Positions 1 to 11,066 of a stretch of 64,000 nucleotides of DNA are shown one piece after another. The translations under genes were made by a program, and so were the position numbers. Location of the stretch: assembly GCA_964653195.1 (NCBI GenBank), contig CAZZCX010000002.1:10921-74920 (forward strand), in the 5' to 3' direction. Below the pieces are notes generated by a model, which saw only the letters and a program-made list of their open reading frames with translations, searched no databases and was not told the origin of the DNA. The stretch's first letter is position 1, and each line of letters opens with the position of its first letter. The DNA is from an uncultured Gammaproteobacteria bacterium. GTDB taxonomy: Bacteria > Patescibacteriota > Microgenomatia > Levybacterales > UBA12049.

Positions 1-1474
1 GAAACCATATAATCTTTGGCTTAGTTCTTTCGAACTCCTCCAAAAATGATTCATGTATTTCTTCAGCTGCTCCCATCCCAGGTATAAAAATTTGATAACG
101 TGATGCTGGTTTGGCATGTATATAAAAAAGTTCTTTGAATTCAAATGGACCCATCCAGAAAGTATCGCTTGGTGATGTAATTTTATTAATTATTGGAGCA
201 ATTTCCGGACGATCATAAATAAGTGCAGCGTGACCCATATATTTATCATAAGTACGGTTAAAAAACTTTTGAAAAAGAAACATTGTTGCTGATAAAGAAT
301 AAATACAAGTAATAATTAACAGCATAAAATACAAATACCTATAGGCGTACACGACTAACTTCGTACTAATTTCTTCCCATAATTTTATAATTAAGAAAGG
401 GGCGCTCATAAAAGCTGTAATAATATAAATAGCAGATTGATAATCTGTTTCTTTAGATGTTAATGGGTCACTTCTTGCGTTGGAATAAACTAATAACCCA
501 ATAAAAAATAGAGCGAATAGAAATCTTTTTTTTAGGAAAAGATAGATCGTTAGGCTAAATGTACTAATAGCCATTGCGATATTCATTGGAAAACCTAAAT
601 TCATACTTGGGACCTGTTGAAGCAAAGTATAGTAATTATTATAAAAAGTGTTAGCAATAACGATAGCAAATCGGATAGGATTTATGGCAGTTGAACCTTC
701 TGGACGAGGGTAATTATAAATATAATATAACTGATTAAAAGTAAACCCTTGATATAAATAATCTGTCAATGACGAAGTTATAATTAAATAAATGAAGAAA
801 ATAATATAAGGAGCACCTAGTATAAATAAAATTTTGATAGAATTTTTCGACATAAGCCTAATTGGCTTATTTGTTGATAGGTATAAATATAAAGAATAAC
901 AATAAATTAAGATCGAGAAGAAAATAAAAGTTAATGAATTAAGAATAGATAATGAAGTCAATATCGAAATCATAATTAAATCTCGTAAGCGTAATCTTTG
1001 TTTATAAAATGTAGCTAAGAGCAAAATAGCGATAACAGGAGCAAAAAAATAAGCAGATAAACTGTCAGCTAATAGCATATGTAGCCAGTAATAATTTCCT
1101 GCAAGTGCGGTGATAAAAATAAATACAAGATAGAAGTTAGTTCTTATGTTTCCGAAACGATCCCTTAAATAGAGATAAGATAACAATAAGAAAAGAAAAA
1201 TTAAAAAAGCAAAAAGAATACGAAAGATGACAAAAGAACCATTACTAAAAAGTAAAATGAAAGCCGAAAGAAAATAGGCTACTGGACCATGATGCGTAAA
1301 GTAGTCTTTGTAAAGTAAACTACCCGAAAGTATGTATTTTCCACCTAAAATATTATCAAATTCATCTGGATATGATTCATGTAATGCGTTTATTGAAAGA
1401 ATACAGAAAATGAAAAAGAAGAAAATAATAAGTATTAAATTCCCACGTTTTTTTATAAAATTAGTTAATTGCAT
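1..1474 (-). CDS. GT-C-type polytopic membrane glycosyltransferase, partial (runs off the window start; absent from the ORF track)
   Basis: Manual translation from ATG at 1474: MQLTNFIKKRGNLILIIFFFFIFCILSINALHESYPDEFDNILGGKYILSGSLLYKDYFTHHGPVAYF..., an N-terminal TM followed by the acidic DE motif typical of GT-C enzymes; hydrophobic downstream. Confidence 0.7.
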   Translation of the reverse strand, partial: MQLTNFIKKRGNLILIIFFFFIFCILSINALHESYPDEFDNILGGKYILSGSLLYKDYFTHHGPVAYFLSAFILLFSNGSFVIFRILFAFLIFLFLLLSYLYLRDRFGNIRTNFYLVFIFITALAGNYYWLHMLLADSLSAYFFAPVIAILLLATFYKQRLRLRDLIMISILTSLSILNSLTFIFFSILIYCYSLYLYLSTNKPIRLMSKNSIKILFILGAPYIIFFIYLIITSSLTDYLYQGFTFNQLYYIYNYPRPEGSTAINPIRFAIVIANTFYNNYYTLLQQVPSMNLGFPMNIAMAISTFSLTIYLFLKKRFLFALFFIGLLVYSNARSDPLTSKETDYQSAIYIITAFMSAPFLIIKLWEEISTKLVVYAYRYLYFMLLIITCIYSLSATMFLFQKFFNRTYDKYMGHAALIYDRPEIAPIINKITSPSDTFWMGPFEFKELFYIHAKPASRYQIFIPGMGAAEEIHESFLEEFERTKPKIIWF

Positions 1475-1646
1475 ACTAATTAAACTTGGTTCACAAAAAA
1501 TCTTTTATAAACTAGCTTAAGTGTCAAATTAATGCTTATTTATGATATATAAATAGGGCATATAAGCTAAATATCAAAAACTCATCTATTATAATCTTAT
1601 TATATAATCACCTGCACTCAAGATACAATATAAAAATTAACTTACA

Positions 1647-3263
1647 TTATTTATCAATTCTATAAATAGAAAGTGCTTTATCCCCGTTAGGATGAATAAT
1701 ATCTTTTCTCTTATATTTATATGCATCTGGTACAAATTTATCCGAAATTACCACTGTATTTGGTTTAATTTTATCTTCACATTTACCAAAAAATGCATTA
1801 TCGATGGTGAAACATTCGTTGCGCCTTACGGATGATCCAGTAAAACGCAGGTAATCAGAAGGTTCTTTTTTTGTATAAAAAAGATAAAAAATGTATGGTT
1901 GTTCCAAATCAGATAAAAAAATTATGGGTTTGTCTTTTTCAGATTTAGTATCAAGAACAGCTTCTCTATATCCATACTGCCAATAAGGAGAAAAGTCAGT
2001 ATCTGTATGATTAAAATAATTATGAATATAATAAATGAAATTGGCCGTATACAAAAATAAAATAGAAAAAATCAACCCTAATTTAAAAAATTTTGTTTTA
2101 TTTGATATGGTGGTTATCATCCCATATGCGGTTATTATCTGCCATGTTGGAAGAAAAACCAAGCTACGTGAAGCATTTGGAGCATCAACAGCCAAAGCTG
2201 ATGCTATAGGAGCTGTCAGAAACCAAAAAAACAAGATCCCAACATTACTACTTTTCTTTTTTACTAAATTAACCATGCCTATAATAATAAATGGTAAAGA
2301 TACTAAATAAATTAAGCCATTGTCAGGAGCATGATGCCTGGCATTATCGCCATACATAAAAAGAAAATTAGGCGAAAAATGCATCAAATAGTTTTCTAGA
2401 TATTTTGATAAATAGACAAGCCTTCTATTATGCAACACTTGTCCAATAAAATCTTGATTGAGATTATCGTATCGAATATTTTCAATTGATTCCTTTAGAA
2501 TCATCGTCTGCTGCGAAGTAAACATCACGCTTCTACCTCGTTTAGTTGTTCTAAAATCAGTTAGCCATAATAAATTGCTAAACAAAAAAACAATAATCAG
2601 AATTACCGCAACCTTTCTCCTGCTAAATATATAATTCTTTCCATAAACCAATAATCCAATAAACAAAATTGGTGTGAATATTTTCTGACTATGATATGTG
2701 TAACAACTAATTGAAAAAACAATTATACCGATTATAGAGAGAAGTAGGTTTTTATTTCTGAAAGCGTAAGCGCATAAAAACACTCCTGCGATAGTAAAGA
2801 AAATACCTAAATTTGCTTCAAAAGCGACTCTACTAAACTGAATCGACCAAGGCGAAATTGCAAACAATGCCATAGATAGTAAGGCTAAATTCGCTCTCAA
2901 ATTTTCTTTTCTGAATAATTCGTAAGTGAGTAAAAATACAAAAATAATTGTAATAGAGCCAAAAAAAGCAGATGGAAATCGTACAGCAAAACTATTTAAA
3001 CCATATACTTTTATAGGAATGACAGAGGCATAAACATAGACTGGCTGTTTATAATCTCCGAATGCCTGAAAACTGAGTGGCATAAATTTTCCGTACTCAT
3101 CTTGACCAGTTTTTAAAATTGAATAAGAATTATACCCCCATGAAACTTCATCCCAATTAAGCGAATTTGGTATTGAACCAAGCATGTAGAATCGCAAGAA
3201 TACTCCAGATATAAAAATTATTAAAAATATCACTAACTGTTTTCTTGAAAATCTATTCCTCAT
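1647..3263 (-). CDS. ArnT/PMT-family (GT83/GT39-like) GT-C glycosyltransferase
   Basis: LNWDEVSWGYNSYSILKTGQDEYG, AVRFPSA and ISPWSIQFSR motifs; many TM segments. Confidence 0.85.
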   Translation of the reverse strand: MRNRFSRKQLVIFLIIFISGVFLRFYMLGSIPNSLNWDEVSWGYNSYSILKTGQDEYGKFMPLSFQAFGDYKQPVYVYASVIPIKVYGLNSFAVRFPSAFFGSITIIFVFLLTYELFRKENLRANLALLSMALFAISPWSIQFSRVAFEANLGIFFTIAGVFLCAYAFRNKNLLLSIIGIIVFSISCYTYHSQKIFTPILFIGLLVYGKNYIFSRRKVAVILIIVFLFSNLLWLTDFRTTKRGRSVMFTSQQTMILKESIENIRYDNLNQDFIGQVLHNRRLVYLSKYLENYLMHFSPNFLFMYGDNARHHAPDNGLIYLVSLPFIIIGMVNLVKKKSSNVGILFFWFLTAPIASALAVDAPNASRSLVFLPTWQIITAYGMITTISNKTKFFKLGLIFSILFLYTANFIYYIHNYFNHTDTDFSPYWQYGYREAVLDTKSEKDKPIIFLSDLEQPYIFYLFYTKKEPSDYLRFTGSSVRRNECFTIDNAFFGKCEDKIKPNTVVISDKFVPDAYKYKRKDIIHPNGDKALSIYRIDK

Positions 3264-4875
3264 AAATGATAAATGCTGTTTTACCGTCCAGGAAATCCAC
3301 TTTGTCCAATATTTTTCCCCATGAAGGCAGCTTATCGGGAGTAGTAACCACTAATACCTTCTTGTTCGAATTGCTTAATGGCTCTGAAAAAATATACTTA
3401 TCAATACTTGTGACGTTATAGAATCCTTGGGTATCTTTTACGATTCTCACTTCCTTCCAGAAATCATTTGGTGTGTAATTACCATACCATGCTGCATAAA
3501 TATATGGTCTTCCGTATGTTGTAGTGAAATAAATTACATCATATTTATATTTAAGCAATTCAACTTTCTCAATAACTTGTTTGTAACCATACTGCCAGTC
3601 ATTCGAAAATCGTTTCGGGTTATGAGTAAAATAATTATGAAAAAAATTAAAAACAGAAAATGAAACGATAATCCCGCATATAAAAAAAATAATAAATCTA
3701 ATTTTAGTTGAATATCTTTGAAGTGTGGTATATATAACAGAAAATCCAACCGCAGCAATTATTTCGTATGTAGGTATAAACGTACTACTTCTCAATGCGT
3801 GCGGTGTTTCCCGAGCTGTAGCAGCAGCAATTGGAGCTAAGATGAACCATCCAAGAATTAGTAATGTAGATTTATTTGCGTGTGCAAGTAAAGAATAAAC
3901 TCCTACAGTCAGTATGGGAATCATCCAAAGATACAACTGACCGTTAGCTCTGTGCGAAAATCGGGGGTTAATATCACCTTTTATAAAAAGGTAGGTTGGT
4001 TCAAAAAAATCGAAATAATTTATAAGATATTCTCTCATGAATTGTATTCTTCTGTTGTGTATTATGCGTGAAAAAGTAGAATTTTTATCTTGCTCCATTA
4101 ACACATTTGATCGTTTGATAGTATCAATGTTAGTAAAAATATTAACTTCATTAAAACGTAATTTACTCTCAGGTGATCTAAGATATAAAATAATTGGAAA
4201 TAGAAGTATAATACTTAAGGTAATTAACGCTAAAACCAATCTTCTGTTAAACGCAATTTGTCTAAAATATATGCTAAAAATAAGAAAAATTAATAATGGT
4301 ATAAAAACACGATGCGCATTAAAAGCATAAAAACCGATAATAAATGAAATAATACTGAAAATTAAAATCCATTTTTGCTTTCTTAATGATAATAGGAATA
4401 AAGTTATCCCCAATATTGTAAAAAAAGTTGCTAAGTTCCCTTCATAAGCTACTCTTGATAACTGAATATGCCAAGGCGAAATAGCCAAAAAGAAAGCAGC
4501 TGCTAAAGATATTTGATTTTTATTTCTATTATTGAAGAATAATTCTTTTACTAAAAAATAACATACTAACACAGTTAATGTTCCGAAAAGCGCGGAAGGA
4601 AATCTAACTGCTAAATTCGTTTTCCCTAGTAAAGCTATAAAGGGTACATCTAAATAAATATAAACTGGTGCTTTATAATCGCCAAAAGCCTTAAACCTAG
4701 CTATAGGCATTAACTCTTTATGTTCATCGTATCCTGTTTTTAAAATCGAGTAAGAATTAAAAGCCTGGGACACCTCATCCCAGTATAAGCTTGGAGGGAT
4801 CGATTCTATACGCATGAAACGGAAAAGACCGGCCATGACAACTATTACAATTATCAAATATTTTCTTAAATTCAT
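3253..4875 (-). CDS. ArnT/PMT-family GT-C glycosyltransferase (paralog)
   Basis: LYWDEVSQAFNSYSILKTGYDEH, AVRFPSA, ISPWHIQLSR. Confidence 0.85.
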   Translation of the reverse strand: MNLRKYLIIVIVVMAGLFRFMRIESIPPSLYWDEVSQAFNSYSILKTGYDEHKELMPIARFKAFGDYKAPVYIYLDVPFIALLGKTNLAVRFPSALFGTLTVLVCYFLVKELFFNNRNKNQISLAAAFFLAISPWHIQLSRVAYEGNLATFFTILGITLFLLSLRKQKWILIFSIISFIIGFYAFNAHRVFIPLLIFLIFSIYFRQIAFNRRLVLALITLSIILLFPIILYLRSPESKLRFNEVNIFTNIDTIKRSNVLMEQDKNSTFSRIIHNRRIQFMREYLINYFDFFEPTYLFIKGDINPRFSHRANGQLYLWMIPILTVGVYSLLAHANKSTLLILGWFILAPIAAATARETPHALRSSTFIPTYEIIAAVGFSVIYTTLQRYSTKIRFIIFFICGIIVSFSVFNFFHNYFTHNPKRFSNDWQYGYKQVIEKVELLKYKYDVIYFTTTYGRPYIYAAWYGNYTPNDFWKEVRIVKDTQGFYNVTSIDKYIFSEPLSNSNKKVLVVTTPDKLPSWGKILDKVDFLDGKTAFIIYEE

Positions 4876-6569
4876 AATAATTTTCCAATATTATATATCG
4901 TAACATTATTATTATTTCTAATTTCTTTTATTTTATGAAAGTTATACTGTAATTCATTCTGTTCTTTTGGTGTTACAATTAATAAGGATTTTGAATTATT
5001 ATTTATGTTTTTTAAATCAAGTTCTAAAAGGGTTTTACGTTTTTTATCTTTATCCCATGACGTCCCGCCAAAAACGTATTTATCAAACGAAATACTTGAT
5101 CCGTTTTTTTGATAGTCCACTGGACTAAACTTATTATAATAAAGAAAATAAATATAAGGTTCCCAATTTGCTCCGGTTACTAAAAATAAGTCGTAATCCG
5201 AATAATCATTACCAACTTCCGTAACGAGTTGTTTATAACCATCTCCCCACTCAGAACCTGCATTTATCATATGATGCTTGTATTTGTTGCTAAAAATATA
5301 AAGGGAAAAAATTATTATCATAATGACAAATACTGATAAAACAATTCTTTGCTTTCTGGATACGATTGATAAAAGATAAATAATACCAAGGCTAAAAAAT
5401 ATTTGAGGTACAGGTAGAATATTCAATGATCTTAAGGCATGTGGAGCAGGTTGAGTTAAAGATGCAGGTATAGGGGCACTAAATAACCAGAATAATATAA
5501 ACCAGAAAAAGCGTTTGTCTTTAAAATTACGATAGGAAATAATTATTCCTATTACTATAATAGGCAATTCCCAGGCATACATCATACCCATACCCCTGAT
5601 ACTATGTCTTCCATTACCATCACCATCGATAAAAAGGAATGAAGGACTGAAATGAGAAATATAATTGCTAAAAGCAATATAGCTAAAAGTAATTCTTCTA
5701 TTATATTTAAGTCGAGCCCAAAAAGTATTTCCCTCTTTGGCTTGCTTGATACTATTTTCATAAAGCAATTGATTTGAATTTTCGAAAATACTCACCTGCG
5801 ATACACGGTTATCACCAAAACCTGAAAATAAAGTAATTATTAGCGGAGAAAGAAATATTGCTAAAATAGTAAAGAAAAAGATTAAATGTTTTAGATATAT
5901 TTTCCTAAAGTACTGATTGAAAATCATAATACTGAAACTTATTAAAATAGGTAAAAAAACTAATATACTTCGATAACTGTAAAACGCGCAAACAAATGGA
6001 ATTATACTGATGTATAAATATTTTTTATTTTGCATTCCCGATATAAAAAAATAGAGACCCACAACGACAAAAAATAAAGCCAGATTTGCTTCAAATGCTC
6101 CTCTTGAAAAATTTATATGCCAGGGTGAAACAGCTAGCATTAAACCACTAAAATAACTTATTGAGACTATATGCTCGCTATTTTTATAATTTCCAAACTC
6201 TAATATTTTTTTTGTCAAAAAGACTGTAAAAACGACAGTCAAAGTCCCAGCTAAGGCTGATATAAATCTTGTAGAGAATTCATTTAGTCCGAAAAATTTT
6301 ATTACTATTGTGGAAAGATAAATATATAGAGGCATTTTAAAATCATCAAAAGAGCGAAATACTAATGGAAAACTCGACCCGTATTCATCTTTTCCCGTCA
6401 TTAAAATACTATATGCATTATAGCCTTGTGCAACCTCATCCCAATATAATGAAACAGGAAGAATATTCAGCGAATAAAAGCGAACGAATGCAGCAAGTAT
6501 AATTATCAATAAAAAAACAACAATTCTCTCAATCCTCAAAACATTAAATTTATGAAAATAGTTAAACAT
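4872..6569 (-). CDS. ArnT/PMT-family GT-C glycosyltransferase (paralog)
   Basis: LYWDEVAQGYNAYSILMTGKDEYG, VSPWHINFSR. Confidence 0.85.
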   Translation of the reverse strand: MFNYFHKFNVLRIERIVVFLLIIILAAFVRFYSLNILPVSLYWDEVAQGYNAYSILMTGKDEYGSSFPLVFRSFDDFKMPLYIYLSTIVIKFFGLNEFSTRFISALAGTLTVVFTVFLTKKILEFGNYKNSEHIVSISYFSGLMLAVSPWHINFSRGAFEANLALFFVVVGLYFFISGMQNKKYLYISIIPFVCAFYSYRSILVFLPILISFSIMIFNQYFRKIYLKHLIFFFTILAIFLSPLIITLFSGFGDNRVSQVSIFENSNQLLYENSIKQAKEGNTFWARLKYNRRITFSYIAFSNYISHFSPSFLFIDGDGNGRHSIRGMGMMYAWELPIIVIGIIISYRNFKDKRFFWFILFWLFSAPIPASLTQPAPHALRSLNILPVPQIFFSLGIIYLLSIVSRKQRIVLSVFVIMIIIFSLYIFSNKYKHHMINAGSEWGDGYKQLVTEVGNDYSDYDLFLVTGANWEPYIYFLYYNKFSPVDYQKNGSSISFDKYVFGGTSWDKDKKRKTLLELDLKNINNNSKSLLIVTPKEQNELQYNFHKIKEIRNNNNVTIYNIGKLL

Positions 6570-6583
6570 ATTTATATCGATTT

Positions 6584-8521
6584 CTATATTATTTTCAATA
6601 TAGTCGCAGCACTATTTCTAAAAACTACTTTCAAGTTTCGGTTTTCTAAAATATTTAAGGGTGCACTTCCGTAATAATATAAATATCTGACTTTATCATT
6701 TCTTAATTCATCTATGACTTCATTAAGCATACCGGATGTTATGCTATTTATTATATTTAACCTTCTATTTATTTCTGTTGTAGCTTTTTGCCTGACTCCT
6801 TTTCCTGATAGATAAAACTGCTTACCGGTAATCATCTTTGTTTTTGAAGAATAAGAAAGATACTCAGTATCACTCATAACAAGTATCACATCCTCATCTA
6901 AAACGTTATTTTTAATGTAGCTATAAGACTCAAGCTCATTCGTTCTTACACCGCGAAAATCAGTAAATACCTCATTTTTTGTATTTACTTTAACTGTATA
7001 AATCCATCTAGGTAATACAAGTATTAAAACCAAAGAAATACAAATAAAAGTTAAGAACTTATTTTTATTCTCAATAAGAATAGTTAAATTTAGTGCGGCT
7101 AAAAAACAAAGGACTATTATAACGGGAAGTAAAAATTCCCAAATATTTGCACCACCCACTTTTTGATAAAAAAATAGTGCTAAAATTATTCCCGTTCCTA
7201 CCACTGAATATAAAAAAATAGTTATTTCGGCTTTCAGCAAAAATAATGATTTTTTTATAGGTATCAAACCTATAAATAATACTCCAAGTTGGGTTACTAG
7301 GTAAATTAATGACATGTAAATACCATACTGTAATAAACGTATATAATTATTGTGATCATAAAAAATATGCCATCGAAGCTCCCAATCAAACAATCCGAAT
7401 TCTTTTTGTGCTATGAAACTGCGTGGTAGTTCAAATGGTAATAAAAAAATTCCAGCACTAGATGAAGTAGATGAAAAAAATATTAAACCTCCAAACAGTG
7501 ATGTAATAATAAATAATAGACCATATAAAAATTTCTTTTTTATCATATAGTAAGCACACAATGAAGCTAAACCCGTAATAAATGTAATTCCGGTATATAC
7601 TTTAAATTCAAGTAAACTTATAAACATCAAAGAGATAATGATTGTTAACTTTAGATTTAACTTATCTTTGTAGAGAATAATCAAATATAAAGCTACAAGA
7701 CCGATAATTATAGAGAAGGCAAAAGCTGGGCTGTCATTAAATCTTGTAGCATCATTGGCAAGTGAAAGGATCGTAAATATAAATTTCCTTTGCAAAATAT
7801 AAGTTATAAGATGGGAAATATCACCGATAAAAAAGAGAAAAAAAAGTGATAAATTTATAAAAAGTCTTTTATTATAAATTTCCTTTGCAATTAAATAACC
7901 TATGCCTGCTAATAAAAAACTAGACAAACTATACAATCCGATAAACTGAGTTTGGAAAAAGGGTAATCTGAAAATTCTAACCAGTTCTGCAGCAACAAGA
8001 TTATACCAGTAGTGATAGTCTTTAAGCTCGATATTTGAAATTGCTGGTTCATTGGGCGGAAAACGTGTTACTAACTCCCTCACTAAGCTAGCATGCCAAA
8101 TATGATCTACGTTATTTAAGGCATTGAATCTTAAACCTTCTGTGGTAGTAATTCCCATGAAAAAATATGGAAAAGTCTGAGCAAAAATTCCTAAAATTAT
8201 AATTAGTACTGTGATGGCATCTATTTTTTTATAACTAAAATCAAGTCGTATTTCGTTTATGTATTTGTTCTTGATATATATAAGAAGACAAAAGCCAAGA
8301 TATAAATAAGTAAACCACCTTATATTAAGTGTTCCAAATACAAAGCCTTGCCATGCCCAGAATGATATGCCTATAATTATTGAAACTATCTGTAGCGACA
8401 AACCTTTTAGGATTATATTTTTTCCCAGTATAACTCTTCCCGGTATATAAAATGCGGGTATAAATGACAAGAAAACAAATAGGATATTAATAAATAATAT
8501 AAATAAATCCGAGATTGACAT
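6584..8521 (-). CDS. Large polytopic membrane protein, probable GT-C glycosyltransferase
   Basis: 645 aa, many TM helices, loop DHIWH...FPP...YHYWY, soluble C-terminal domain; embedded in the GT cluster. Confidence 0.6.
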   Translation of the reverse strand: MSISDLFILFINILFVFLSFIPAFYIPGRVILGKNIILKGLSLQIVSIIIGISFWAWQGFVFGTLNIRWFTYLYLGFCLLIYIKNKYINEIRLDFSYKKIDAITVLIIILGIFAQTFPYFFMGITTTEGLRFNALNNVDHIWHASLVRELVTRFPPNEPAISNIELKDYHYWYNLVAAELVRIFRLPFFQTQFIGLYSLSSFLLAGIGYLIAKEIYNKRLFINLSLFFLFFIGDISHLITYILQRKFIFTILSLANDATRFNDSPAFAFSIIIGLVALYLIILYKDKLNLKLTIIISLMFISLLEFKVYTGITFITGLASLCAYYMIKKKFLYGLLFIITSLFGGLIFFSSTSSSAGIFLLPFELPRSFIAQKEFGLFDWELRWHIFYDHNNYIRLLQYGIYMSLIYLVTQLGVLFIGLIPIKKSLFLLKAEITIFLYSVVGTGIILALFFYQKVGGANIWEFLLPVIIVLCFLAALNLTILIENKNKFLTFICISLVLILVLPRWIYTVKVNTKNEVFTDFRGVRTNELESYSYIKNNVLDEDVILVMSDTEYLSYSSKTKMITGKQFYLSGKGVRQKATTEINRRLNIINSITSGMLNEVIDELRNDKVRYLYYYGSAPLNILENRNLKVVFRNSAATILKII

Positions 8522-8602
8522 AAATTAATTCCAGGCTAGAGATTTGTTCATTCACTTTTGATAATTTATTCTTATATTAAATCTATAAATCATGTTTCTT
8601 GG

Positions 8603-9340
8603 CTAATTAAAAATATTTGCTCTATAAATATGCAATTTAAACATTACAAATTGTAATAGAGTCCAAAGAGTCTGAAGTAAAAATTTAGCTCCTTTCAAAT
8701 AGCCAATCGAAGAAGATTGAGAAAAATATCTTACAGGCACAGGGTATTCGGCTATCGAATAACCTTTTGCAATTGCCGATATCATAAGCTGTTGATCAAA
8801 AACAAAGTCATTTGAGAAATTTTCTAATGGTAAGGATTTCAAAACTTTAACTGAATACGCACGAAAACCGCTAAAATGCTCAGTAAAATTAACTCCAAGT
8901 ACGATATTTTCGATTAGTGCCATAAATCTATTCAAAAAATATTTTGTATATGGCATCCCACCCTCTAATGCTTCTTTTCTCGTTCTTATCCGGCTTCCAA
9001 ACATGATATCAAACCTACCTGACATGATAGGGCTTATCAATTCGCCAATAAGCGTACTATCATACTGGTAATCTGGGTGAATCATAATAATTACATTAGC
9101 ACCACGCTTCAAAGCTTCTCTATAGCATGTTTTTTGATTTCCACCATAACCAGTATTGTGAGTATGTTTAATGGTTCTAATCCCTAACTTCCTAGCTATA
9201 CTTACTGTTTGATCTGTACTATTATCGTCTACCAATATTATTTCGTCTGCAAAATCTTCAGGAATATCTCTATATGTCGCTTCCAAAGTCTTTTCTGCAT
9301 TATAAGCGGGCATAACAACTATTACTTTCTCTTTTTTCAT
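8603..9340 (-). CDS. GT2 glycosyltransferase, DPM1/polyprenol-phosphate sugar synthase-like
   Basis: VVMPAYNAEKT, LVDDNSTD, IHPDYQYD, FSGFRAYS, FVFDQQ. Confidence 0.9.
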   Translation of the reverse strand: MKKEKVIVVMPAYNAEKTLEATYRDIPEDFADEIILVDDNSTDQTVSIARKLGIRTIKHTHNTGYGGNQKTCYREALKRGANVIIMIHPDYQYDSTLIGELISPIMSGRFDIMFGSRIRTRKEALEGGMPYTKYFLNRFMALIENIVLGVNFTEHFSGFRAYSVKVLKSLPLENFSNDFVFDQQLMISAIAKGYSIAEYPVPVRYFSQSSSIGYLKGAKFLLQTLWTLLQFVMFKLHIYRANIFN

Positions 9341-9407
9341 TATTTTCTAAGAATAATTATTGACTAAAGGTTGCAAATTTAAGCAGATAAAGTAATTATT
9401 TATATCT

Positions 9408-10118
9408 TTAAATAAATCGATATTTAATTAGTGCCCATAAAGCACGAAACCCATCTTTTACAGTATTAAGTTTTTTACCTTCTTTATATCCCCTAGGATT
9501 TGTGGATATTGATACTTCATAAATTCTATACCTTTTCTTCAACAATTTTGCAGTAATTTCTGGCTCCATTTCAAATCCAGTAGAATTTAATTTAAGCGTT
9601 TTCATAACTTTAGTTGGTATCAGCTTATATCCTGTTTCCATATCAGTAATCCATTGACCATAGAAAACACTGGTTATAATACTTAGCATCTTATTACCAA
9701 TATAATGAATAAAAAATCTTATAGTTCTTTCATCTCTTTTGAAATTCGGTAATCTTTTTAAGCGAGTACCATAAACTACTTCTGTTTTCTTCTCAATAAT
9801 TGGCGTAAGTAGGGAAGCGATATCTGCAGGATCATACTCCAGGTCAGCATCTTGAATTATTGTATAGTCACCAGTCGCATGATTTAATCCTGACCTAATC
9901 GCAGCTCCTTTACCCTGATTTCTATCATGCTTAATTAGAATAATCTTCCCCTCTTTATGCAGCTTTTCAATTAACTTACTTGTTCGATCTGTGGATCCAT
10001 CATCGATTACTATTATTTCTTTCTCTACATCAAGTATAGATATATCGTTAACTTTCTTTAGTAACCGCTCAATAGTTTTCTCCTCATTATAGACTGGTAT
10101 TAATATAGATAATTTCAT
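9408..10118 (-). CDS. GT2 glycosyltransferase, DPM1-like
   Basis: LIPVYNEE, IDDGSTD, NQGKGAA, IQDADLEYDP, TDMETGYK. Confidence 0.9.
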   Translation of the reverse strand: MKLSILIPVYNEEKTIERLLKKVNDISILDVEKEIIVIDDGSTDRTSKLIEKLHKEGKIILIKHDRNQGKGAAIRSGLNHATGDYTIIQDADLEYDPADIASLLTPIIEKKTEVVYGTRLKRLPNFKRDERTIRFFIHYIGNKMLSIITSVFYGQWITDMETGYKLIPTKVMKTLKLNSTGFEMEPEITAKLLKKRYRIYEVSISTNPRGYKEGKKLNTVKDGFRALWALIKYRFI

Positions 10119-11065
10119 CCCGATATTGATTGTATAACCTCTCTATCTGTTTTGACAACGAAATTCTGTGTTTGTTTTCTTAAATTTACAATTTTACCTA
10201 GGTTTATGGCTGCGTTGAAAAAACCTAAGATAAAATAAATATCCCTATGAACTAAAGCCAAAAATAAATGATAAGGAATCAAGGAAAAATGTGTAAAGAT
10301 TATATCTGTATCAGTCATATTAATCCAGGCAAAAATAATTTGATTTGTATAGGATACTATTTTCACCCTTGAAGGTTTATACAAATTTTTTATAACACCT
10401 TTTTCATGAAAGTGAGAAACTATACTTTTATTTTCAAAGTTTACTTTATACCCTGCTTTTAGAGCTCTATACGACAAATCTAAGTCTTCCCAGTAGAAAG
10501 GGTTATATATTTCATACATCCCCCCGAGTCTTGCCCAAATACTTTTCCTAAAAGCACTACTTCCCCCACTTACCCATAAAGTTTCTGATTTATCTATGTC
10601 TCCACGTGTATGATTTAAAAATCCTCGTATCCATTTCCCTAATCCTCTTCCTCTCATTACTACTTTTCCTCCTTCAATACTCTTGTCCATACAGCCGACA
10701 GCAAAAACTTCCTCATCGACAAAGTGACCCAATAATGGAATCAAAAAATCGATTTCAGGTTTTACATCAGTATTTAAAAGTACTACTATATCGTATTTTG
10801 ACTCTAAGACTCCTTTATTTACAGTTGATGAAAAACCAAGATTCTTTTCTTGTTTTAGTAGCTTAATACTTAAATCTTTATTTGCTTCTTGAATCGTTTC
10901 AATAACAGCAACTGAATCATCTATAGAGCCATCATCAACTAGTATTATTTCACCTTTGATTTTTTTTAATTTTATACAATGCAAAAGCGCACTTATGACA
11001 GAAGGGATATTAGCTTTTAATGTAGAAACACCATTAAAGTTAGGTATTATGATACTAATGTTCAT
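10115..11065 (-). CDS. GT2 glycosyltransferase (WbbL/rhamnosyltransferase-like)
   Basis: IIPNFNG, NLGFSSTVNKG, LLNTD, FYWEDLDLSYRA. Confidence 0.85.
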   Translation of the reverse strand: MNISIIIPNFNGVSTLKANIPSVISALLHCIKLKKIKGEIILVDDGSIDDSVAVIETIQEANKDLSIKLLKQEKNLGFSSTVNKGVLESKYDIVVLLNTDVKPEIDFLIPLLGHFVDEEVFAVGCMDKSIEGGKVVMRGRGLGKWIRGFLNHTRGDIDKSETLWVSGGSSAFRKSIWARLGGMYEIYNPFYWEDLDLSYRALKAGYKVNFENKSIVSHFHEKGVIKNLYKPSRVKIVSYTNQIIFAWINMTDTDIIFTHFSLIPYHLFLALVHRDIYFILGFFNAAINLGKIVNLRKQTQNFVVKTDREVIQSISG

Positions 11066-11066
11066 A

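Noticed and set aside
1332-1520. 62-aa plus-strand ORF
   Set aside because: Antisense shadow of the real minus-strand gene starting at 1474
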